Virus record (IMG/VR): IMGVR_UViG_3300036766_002286
Origin: a virus
Taxonomy: Duplodnaviria; Caudoviricetes
Strand: one strand, 5' to 3'
DNA length: 64,000 nt
Of the stretch, positions 56,901 through 64,000 are shown piece after piece. Positions within the stretch are counted from its first letter, which is position 1. Every line of letters begins with the position of its first letter. Below the pieces are notes generated by a model. The model was not told where the DNA came from. It saw nothing but the letters and a program-made list of their open reading frames with translations, and did not search any database. The position numbers and the translations under genes were made by a program.

Positions 56901-57665
56901 CTATTGTACTATTTTGCTGTCATAGTATGTGCCGTCTTGACCGCAGAGTTCTATATATCTATGATAAGCACCTTGGTTGTTTGTAGTAACGTTCAATCTA
57001 TTAGACCCGCTCACGTCGCATCCCAACATCGTCGCTTCCGTTAGGTCCGCCCCTCTAAAATCTACATCTCTTAGATCAGACTTACTAAAGTCCGCTCCAG
57101 CTAATACACATCCAACCATACTAGCTCCTCTTAAATTGCTTCCTCTAATATTAGAAACAAGCATATAAGCACCGTCCAAGTTAGCATATTGTAAATTAAC
57201 ATCGTCTAAACAAGCAGCTATCAAGCCAGCACAGAATTTATCAATTCCAGCCATATTTATTTCACTCATATCAGCGCCCGTAAAATTTGCTCCATTTGCG
57301 CAAGCTCTAGTCAAGTTTGCGCACTTTAGATTACTTTTTGGAAACTGGGCTTCTTCTAGTATAGCTCCAGATAAATTAGCACGCCTTAAGTTAGCGCTTG
57401 CAAAAATAGCTTTTCCCATTGCAGATCTAACCATAGTGGCAGAAGCCAAATCAGCAAAACTAAAATCTGCACCCGTAAGCTTAGCTTCGTCTAAATGTGT
57501 TCCAATTAGAATAGCGCCTTTCAAATTCGCTCCATTCAAATTCGCACCACGTAAATCTAAGCCGGACAAGTCTATATTGGTTAGATCCCGCCCGCTCATC
57601 TCAATTCCACAAGCCACGTTTTCCAGCACCTCTTGTCGGCTTATTTTCGCACTCATCGAAGTCAC
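56901..57665 (-). CDS. Pentapeptide repeat protein
   Basis: ISRQEVL cap; repeats. Confidence 0.93.
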   Translation of the reverse strand: MTSMSAKISRQEVLENVACGIEMSGRDLTNIDLSGLDLRGANLNGANLKGAILIGTHLDEAKLTGADFSFADLASATMVRSAMGKAIFASANLRRANLSGAILEEAQFPKSNLKCANLTRACANGANFTGADMSEINMAGIDKFCAGLIAACLDDVNLQYANLDGAYMLVSNIRGSNLRGASMVGCVLAGADFSKSDLRDVDFRGADLTEATMLGCDVSGSNRLNVTTNNQGAYHRYIELCGQDGTYYDSKIVQ

Positions 57666-57677
57666 AGCATCTTAAGG

Positions 57678-58082
57678 TTATATTAATTGCTCAGATGTTA
57701 GAAGCATGTCATCGTCTAACTCAGCTGGTGTTGGTAGCATTCCAATCAACTTCTTAGTAGGAAATAATAACGGAGAGGCTTCCCGGCTGATTCGTGCCGC
57801 ACCACCAGGTTCACTAAGAGTTTGCTGGCGTGCTTGTCCATTTTCTCCAGTCCCACGCAACCACACTAGCATAGCTTCTAGGCCTAGTGTCTTTTCGAGT
57901 CCGACAATAACAGCGTCGATCTCAAAAAGTTGTCGTAGTGCAGCTAAAGCGTGCTCGCTGGGTGCATCAATCCAATTTTTAATAGACTCATAGTCAATTC
58001 CTGCAAGTTCTGAGGCACGTTTTTCTGATATATCAAACGTGTTGGAGATTCGTTCAATGGCGGATGCAACTCTTGTTTTCAT
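57678..58082 (-). CDS. Xre/MbcA/ParS-like antitoxin (orphan)
   Basis: HTH ASELAGIDYESIKNW; helical C-domain with VWLR. Confidence 0.5.
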   Translation of the reverse strand: MKTRVASAIERISNTFDISEKRASELAGIDYESIKNWIDAPSEHALAALRQLFEIDAVIVGLEKTLGLEAMLVWLRGTGENGQARQQTLSEPGGAARISREASPLLFPTKKLIGMLPTPAELDDDMLLTSEQLI

Positions 58083-58083
58083 A

Positions 58084-58440
58084 CTATTTACTAAGTCCGG
58101 TAACATATGCTACTATAGCCAAAAATGTCGTATCTATAGCCTTTTCTGCTCTTTGCATGTCACCATCATAATCCTCACAGGATAGTTCCGTTACATTAAA
58201 ACGATCCATATAGCATTCACCATATTGTTCTATTAGCTTAAATAATTTATCATCTTCTGACAGAATAATTCCCTGGTTTGTAATGAACGTTTTTATAGCT
58301 AGCATTCCGCTCGCCGCATCCTTTTCTGCTTCAGGAATGTCAGTACGATTAATTGACATCTCCAACTCCCTAGCAAGCTCCTCACAGCATTTACCATATT
58401 CTTTTATTAATTCAAATAATTTTTTATCCTCGACCATCAT
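58084..58440 (-). CDS. 'LFEL..EYG' family, internal tandem duplication
   Basis: EDKKLFELIKEYG and EDDKLFKLIEQYG. Confidence 0.75.
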   Translation of the reverse strand: MMVEDKKLFELIKEYGKCCEELARELEMSINRTDIPEAEKDAASGMLAIKTFITNQGIILSEDDKLFKLIEQYGECYMDRFNVTELSCEDYDGDMQRAEKAIDTTFLAIVAYVTGLSK

Positions 58441-58822
58441 ATCCTCCTAGTTTTTGTATAAACATTTCCACATCTTCAAATGCCAATCTTACTTTGGCTA
58501 CAGCCACCTCATGCTCACGGGTCAAAAGTCCATATGTATGTATGCTAAGTTCTCTTTCCATTATAAGGTCCTGAAAACGAATTAATAGCGCCCATAGTCG
58601 GTTATCTTCAGTTTTCCCTATAGAAGCAACTTTCCGCGCGAAGGCTTCTATAGCATCTACCGCGGTACTTACTTCCCCGACACTTTCCTTGTACCATTTA
58701 CTTTCTAAGCCTTGCTCAAATTTACCCAGCTCTCGACCATATATAGCTTCATCTAAGGTCATCAGTAAAATATACATTTGCTCTGATTCATTTATAGGTT
58801 TGCATCCAAAATATGTATCCAT
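58424..58822 (-). CDS. Hypothetical with internal duplication
   Basis: REL...GL.......V..A...(I/V)E.F occurs twice. Confidence 0.7.
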   Translation of the reverse strand: MDTYFGCKPINESEQMYILLMTLDEAIYGRELGKFEQGLESKWYKESVGEVSTAVDAIEAFARKVASIGKTEDNRLWALLIRFQDLIMERELSIHTYGLLTREHEVAVAKVRLAFEDVEMFIQKLGGYDGRG

Positions 58823-58823
58823 A

Positions 58824-59350
58824 CTATTGCTCCTCTGTTCTATTTACGTCACTAACGTCATTCCACAGCGGGTTATCAGCATCCATAGCAAATGTATCCC
58901 CGCCTACCTTTTTTGGCCATATACTTGTCATCAGGTGTGGCTTATCCTTTTCATCTTTTTTTGATCCATCCCGATTCAGCCAACCAGCGATTGCAATAAT
59001 TTTTCTGGTAGCAGAGTCCTCATCACTACCGCCATATCCGTGAAGACTATGAAGGTTTGCATCTATCCAAAATTGAGTTGGCCCGTGTGGGCGCATTCCA
59101 GTTCTGTTACAATCAAGACAATCGTGGGTGATCACCTGCACGCTAGAATTGTTGGCCGGCAATGTTGTAAATCCACAACCACCACAATTTGGGCATTTTT
59201 CAGGCGTTCCTAATCGTATTCTTCGATTATATTGAATGGCGCCTCGCAAGCAAAGAAACTATAACCACCCGCTATTAAACAGTCTCGTTCAATAATTGAT
59301 ACAAAATCCGTACAATCCTCACGTCGGAAAGTTGTTGTTAGATCAGTCAT
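58824..59350 (-). CDS. CxxCxGxG zinc-finger protein, probably one gene frameshifted near 59211
   Basis: ...NIIEEYD(L)GTPEKCPNCGGCG...CLDCNRTG. Confidence 0.5.
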
Positions 59351-59495
59351 GCTTTGCACATCCCCGCTCACCAGGTCCACCGAAAAGCCAGTCATTAAAA
59401 TTTTCTATTAAAATTATATTTTTCCCATCGTTATGTAAACCAATACCTTCCCAAAAACATTTGAGAACTTTGATTTTATCCTCTGGCTCCGCAAT

Positions 59496-59783
59496 TCATT
59501 CCTCAGCACCCTCTTTTGTTAGAAATGCCCACTCGTCTAGTTTGTTAGGAATTACCCCGTACTGGCCTTCTTCATATTCAAAACGCACAATATATAGGTT
59601 TTTATCATCACGGACAATACTAAGTCCAGCAGTCCAGCCGCATTGCGCATGAATTACAGCAACCCCCATTGTTTGTTTCCAGTCTGGAACATACATTTCA
59701 GCTGGATGCTCATCTGGTTCTATAGGTCTAAAACATAATTCACAAATATCTTTTATTTTCCTTGTCTCCGTGCTTTCATTCAT
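59496..59783 (-). CDS. Hypothetical, CxxC...HxxC
   Basis: AAGGAG SD. Confidence 0.65.
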   Translation of the reverse strand: MNESTETRKIKDICELCFRPIEPDEHPAEMYVPDWKQTMGVAVIHAQCGWTAGLSIVRDDKNLYIVRFEYEEGQYGVIPNKLDEWAFLTKEGAEE

Positions 59784-59875
59784 ATTACTGCTCCTTGTTC
59801 TTAAAATTATTATATATTAAACTATAGTTGCGTTTTGACTACAACAAAACAAATTACAAATGTCTACATTTAATA

Positions 59876-60580
59876 TCAAATTATCTCTCCCATTGGCCCT
59901 AACTGGATCGTCTCCAGGCCTGTGCCACCCAAGGTTGCCTGTGTAAAGTTAGCACCGCGCATAAGATTATTTTCTGGAAGTATAGCGTAACTCAAATCAG
60001 CTCCGTAAAAGTCTGCTTCTGTTAAATTTGCGCAAGTAAAATTACAATTATTCAGTTTCGCGCCTGAAAATACAGCCCTATACAAATCTACTCCTAACAT
60101 ATTTGCATCTAGAAGATTCGCCCCAGTAAACTTCGCCCATCTCAAATCTGCACTATAAGATGAAAGTCCCGCCAGCATCGCATTACTCAGATTTGCATCC
60201 GCAAATGATGCAAATCGAGCCTCACTCCTAGTTAAATTAACAAAACTCATGTTAGCACCATTCAAGATACCACAAACCAAATTTACTCCAGCCATGTTAG
60301 CTCGAACCATAGTTGCGCATCTGAAGTTAGCCCCCTCCAGGTTAGCTCGAACCAATATCGTTTCAAATAGGTTTGCGCCTATAAAATTTGCCCCATGGCA
60401 ATTTGCAAAGCTTAAATTAGCGTAACTAAGATTTGTCTCAATCATTTGTGTATTATGGAGCTCTAAATAAGACATGTTAATATGAGACAAATCTAAACCG
60501 CTTAAATTTTTCTGCGCCATTGATTTGCCAGTTTTAATATTATCTATGACATCTTCTCGAGTTAGTTTTTTCTCCAACAT
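59876..60580 (-). CDS. Pentapeptide repeat protein
   Basis: LTREDVI cap; repeats. Confidence 0.93.
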   Translation of the reverse strand: MLEKKLTREDVIDNIKTGKSMAQKNLSGLDLSHINMSYLELHNTQMIETNLSYANLSFANCHGANFIGANLFETILVRANLEGANFRCATMVRANMAGVNLVCGILNGANMSFVNLTRSEARFASFADANLSNAMLAGLSSYSADLRWAKFTGANLLDANMLGVDLYRAVFSGAKLNNCNFTCANLTEADFYGADLSYAILPENNLMRGANFTQATLGGTGLETIQLGPMGEII

Positions 60581-60604
60581 GAAACCTACTTTAAGTCTTC
60601 AGTA

Positions 60605-60913
60605 TTAGTATACTTGATACCAAATGTTATCATGCACATCGAACTTCCAAAATATGCCGTCAACATATTCTATTTTTCCAAATCCAGACATTGGCCGCCT
60701 AGCTCCCGCCCCTCTTGTACCTAAATCTTTAGGTATTCTATTCGGGTCTCTATGGTCATCATATTCTCCTGCACCCCTCGTATCGAAATCTGCTACACCG
60801 CTCGTATCAAAATTCGTCGCCATTCCTTGCATAGCAGGATCTGAACTTTTGTTAGGGTCTCCTTGCATAGCAGGACAGCCAGAAACTGAATTTCCTGAGT
60901 TATTGTTGCTCAT
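60605..60913 (-). CDS. Low-complexity hypothetical with short repeats
   Basis: PAMQG x2, FDT.G x2, TRGAG x2; GGAGG SD. Confidence 0.6.
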   Translation of the reverse strand: MSNNNSGNSVSGCPAMQGDPNKSSDPAMQGMATNFDTSGVADFDTRGAGEYDDHRDPNRIPKDLGTRGAGARRPMSGFGKIEYVDGIFWKFDVHDNIWYQVY

Positions 60914-61115
60914 GTTTTTCCTCCGTTTGTTCTGTTATATCTAAACTCGCAAGTAAACACAAACCAATTTCTCTAGAAGTTTCTTCGTCATGGACGCACG
61001 GAGCCTCTAGTCGCGCCCATCGTGCAGCATCTGATTCTAGTCGCCATGCTTTTAACTCAGCAACCCCGTCTATAGGAATTTGTGGGTCTTCATTGGTTTC
61101 ACAACAGTCAGTCAT
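60900..61115 (-). CDS. Hypothetical protein
   Basis: AGGAG SD. Confidence 0.6.
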   Translation of the reverse strand: MTDCCETNEDPQIPIDGVAELKAWRLESDAARWARLEAPCVHDEETSREIGLCLLASLDITEQTEEKHEQQ

Positions 61116-61293
61116 AGGGCTCCTCTCTATATATTGTTAGCAATAGTCAAATTTATGCAATTAGCTATACTATGATTTTTTAAGCTGTTAGCTACTTTTT
61201 AGAGGCTTTAATATGATGCACAAATTGCGTAGGTAAAAAGGTTACCGGGGACACAAGGTGCTAGTTACTTGTGCAGGGCGCTAATTAGAGCAT

Positions 61294-62195
61294 CTAATTA
61301 CAGTAGTCGCTAGTTTTTCCATTAGTGCCATCCCGCGAGGGCAGATTACGAACTATGATTGCACTTTGCGCATCGAGCAAATCAAACCAACAAACGGCAT
61401 GTGTGGCCATCTCATCGTCGCCGGGGTGTTGGGCAGTCCAGTCGGGATTCGATGAACTCGTGTTAAATTTGCGCATGTCGTACACACCAAAATCAACGAA
61501 AATGTTTCTAGTTAGTTTCGTAAGCCCTACTTCAGTCGCTAATTTCTCTCCCTCCTTGATCAGTAGCGGAGGATTGAAATTTGTGCTGGCCGACGACTCA
61601 CTTGCGCTTGGCAAAGTATTAGCCAACGTTAGAAGCTTCGGGGTCAGAGTTAGCAGATGATCTACACGATACATAATACCACAGGTACTGATTACGTCAA
61701 ACGTATATTGTATTTCACCGCTCTCAATATATCGTGAACCCCGCATAACCATTCCAGTAAGGGGGCAACAACATTAACAGCCTGACCAAGGTTACTGTCA
61801 AAACCAAATCCTCCGTGAGGCTTGTAATTACCGCCACGATATTGCCCTGGGTAAAGAATTGAAATGACCGCGGTGAGGTTAACCGGGGATAAAATTCTCA
61901 ACGGACTTGGGCAAGCCGGTGGTTTGGCTGACGGCTTCCATCCATCATTAGTTTGGCTCCAAGTGACATCAGACCCATTACCCACGGCCGGCACGACCAC
62001 AACCCACCTCATGACACTTCCGCTTTTTTTACATATCAACTTTTTGTTGGCAATTGTTACAGTCGCATCTACTTTACCACACTTTGCGCCTTCCTTGTTG
62101 GCTGCCAACGCGGGCGAACTAAGTGCCAGCAACAAAGTCGCCACAAACGCCACAATAACAACTCTGTTAAATGCCGGCCAGCCTTTACGCGGCAT
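61294..62195 (-). CDS. Secreted M23-peptidase-like protein, split by a frameshift at ~61763
   Basis: Signal peptide; HGGFGFD; restored VVAPLTGMV; DHL; GEKLA. Confidence 0.6.
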
Positions 62196-62306
62196 TTAGG
62201 TGGAAGATTCTTTCATAGTTATTCATTAATAATCTCCTCAGTATGTAGTGTCAGCACCCAGTATCTATAAGCAACCAAGCATAGCACTCTTTCTATGCTG
62301 TTGCAA

Positions 62307-62777
62307 TTATTTTTTAGAGGCTTTAAGTTGTGCTACAAGGCGGTCGCGTCTCCATTCCTCTATACTGTCGCAATTCTCTACCATATCAGTTATTCGGGTT
62401 TCTCCCTGTCTATTTATTTTACTAATAGCCAGTTTTCTTTTGGCTGTCTTTACTGCTAAATGTTGTTGATTTTCAAAAATCTTCCAAAGCACCTCATCCA
62501 TATGTGAATTAAAGATACCCAGAACCTGCAGCGTACCGGGGCTCACGTCCCCATTGCTGATAGATTTTTCTAAAGATATAATACCAACATGAGAGTTCAT
62601 AACATCTTCCCACATTGCGGCCTGTGCGTGTTTGAGGGTACTCTCCCGTTTGGCATTTAGGCCAGCTATTCCTAAGCTCACAGTAGCTTTAATACTAAAA
62701 CCAGCTACTTTAACAGAAGTTTTTAAAGTGCCTTTAGCGAGTTTTCCTAGTTTACGAGTTATCATTTTTCTTTTCAT
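62307..62777 (-). CDS. Hypothetical protein
   Basis: 156 aa ORF, GAGG SD. Confidence 0.6.
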   Translation of the reverse strand: MKRKMITRKLGKLAKGTLKTSVKVAGFSIKATVSLGIAGLNAKRESTLKHAQAAMWEDVMNSHVGIISLEKSISNGDVSPGTLQVLGIFNSHMDEVLWKIFENQQHLAVKTAKRKLAISKINRQGETRITDMVENCDSIEEWRRDRLVAQLKASKK

Positions 62778-63100
62778 ATCTTAAATTGTCCTCATACTCC
62801 AGATAAGTGCACGTTACCAGCAGCTATAGGCGCAACCAGGGCTATATGTAGGCTTTTCCTTTCAGTTATATCTACCGTTATCATACCAATCAAACACACC
62901 CGCACAAGTCAAAGTTATTTCTATTTCTTAGCTGATTTACGCTCGGCTTTAGGCCTAAAGCCCCCTTCAATTTTTAATGGTGTGATATAATACATCAGCC
63001 GTTCATAGTCTGTTTTACTAACTTTAGTTTTAGGTACAATTCTCTCCTTTATGAAATTTTGAACCAATCCCTTAAGTACTCACTTGACAGCTTAGCATCA

Positions 63101-63295
63101 CTATTCTTTAACTAATTTTGGGGAGTCTTTATCTAGACCGGTACCTTTGCAAGTTGGACACACGATCATTTGTAGAGAGTCCATAAAGACTTCGCGTTTG
63201 CCTTTACAGTCACTGCACCAAACATTGATATATTTCATTCCCTCAGGCGCCTCTGGTAAATTTGAGCTAGTTTTGCTGTACATTATTACCTCCAT
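63101..63295 (-). CDS. Small DnaJ-type zinc-finger protein
   Basis: CSDCKG...CPTCKGTG. Confidence 0.65.
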   Translation of the reverse strand: MEVIMYSKTSSNLPEAPEGMKYINVWCSDCKGKREVFMDSLQMIVCPTCKGTGLDKDSPKLVKE

Positions 63296-63338
63296 TTCTA
63301 GCTAAATACTATAGCGGCGATACAGAGCTACTAAAACT

Positions 63339-64000
63339 TTATCTAGCATATGCTTCAATAATTTTCTTAGATAATTTCTCTGGTAATACCTCAAACTTTG
63401 CAAAGTCTCCTATATTATCACGCTTTAAATGTAGCTGACCTTCGCCACTGTTTCCTCTATGCTGACCAGTAGAATAAGCTTTGTTACCTTCAACCTCTTG
63501 TGATGAAAGTACCCAATACTTTATTACATCTTTCCATACACCAACCCAGATAAAAACATCACAACATTTTGGTTTAATCTGCTGAAAGTTCATGTCAAAA
63601 TATTTTTTCGAATTCCACTCAAGAGCTTTAACATACAGCGGTTCTCGGCTATTAAAATCAACTGCTCGTGAAGCTTTAACTTCGATTTTTATCATTTTCT
63701 TATCTAGCTTTGGGTATAAGAAGTCATACTGTCCGGAGTAGCTTTTTTCTATTTTTTTAGTTGGTTTGATAAGCCCCGGTACGAGTATTTTTAAGTGCCC
63801 CTGCGCCCATTTTTCACCAAACATTCGGGGAGCCGAAATTTCAAAAAGAGGGAGAAACACATTGCGCTTCATATATTCTTCCCTCATATTGAGATAATCA
63901 GCAAGCGTGATAGCTCCCAGGGCTAGTAAATTGGAAATAATATACTCTTGATCATTAAATGGGTACGAAGAGGTTAGCTCGCCAAAATGTTTTTCTATGG
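63339..64000 (-). CDS. PD-(D/E)XK restriction-endonuclease-like protein, 5' end outside window
   Basis: FGEKWA, YDFL..IKIEVKASR, FQQIK; frame open to window end. Confidence 0.7.
   Translation of the reverse strand, partial: IEKHFGELTSSYPFNDQEYIISNLLALGAITLADYLNMREEYMKRNVFLPLFEISAPRMFGEKWAQGHLKILVPGLIKPTKKIEKSYSGQYDFLYPKLDKKMIKIEVKASRAVDFNSREPLYVKALEWNSKKYFDMNFQQIKPKCCDVFIWVGVWKDVIKYWVLSSQEVEGNKAYSTGQHRGNSGEGQLHLKRDNIGDFAKFEVLPEKLSKKIIEAYAR

Noticed and set aside
1-60580. Calling the pentapeptide genes qnr or mfpA
   Set aside because: Only the generic repeat is visible; no family-specific sequence was recognised.
282-62469. Many antisense or shadow ORFs in the track (for example 282-566, 8246-8797, 10360-11130, 18406-19416, 39038-39550, 44258-44644)
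   Set aside because: They lie opposite well-supported genes and arise from repetitive or biased codon usage; no SD or motif support.
1-64000. Genome-wide alternative genetic code (TAG=Gln)
   Set aside because: Long genes (1220, 1079, 621, 564 aa) have no internal TAG, and TAG ends many genes at positions that fit the next gene's start; only two internal cases were seen.

Overview
AT-rich (roughly 40% GC by eye), gene-dense window. It reads like part of a very large mobile element (jumbo phage or giant extrachromosomal element) of an actinobacterial, probably Acidimicrobiia-like, host rather than an ordinary chromosome. Host-type genes occur isolated from their usual operons: lat/pcd, mgtC-like, pth, nurA-herA, trxA, rpoZ and initiator tRNA-Met. 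They sit among about 70 short hypothetical genes that fall into several expanded paralogue families. No virion or replication hallmark gene is visible, so the element type is an inference. Main features: (1) a compact four-gene operon, Asp/Glu racemase - NadE - 2OG-Fe(II) oxygenase - eukaryote-like NMNAT fused to a type I PRTase domain, a candidate undescribed NAD-related pathway; (2) 12 pentapeptide-repeat genes with interchangeable caps; (3) a 9-member family of one uncharacterised domain, several on leaderless promoters, plus several orphan antitoxin-like genes; (4) cassette-like arrays of short genes with shared end sequences, including an 'empty' cassette and chimeric genes; (5) a recurrent GCCNN-[-10] promoter; (6) two adjacent non-autonomous TnpB elements. 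Several genes carry single-base indels in homopolymers, probably long-read errors.
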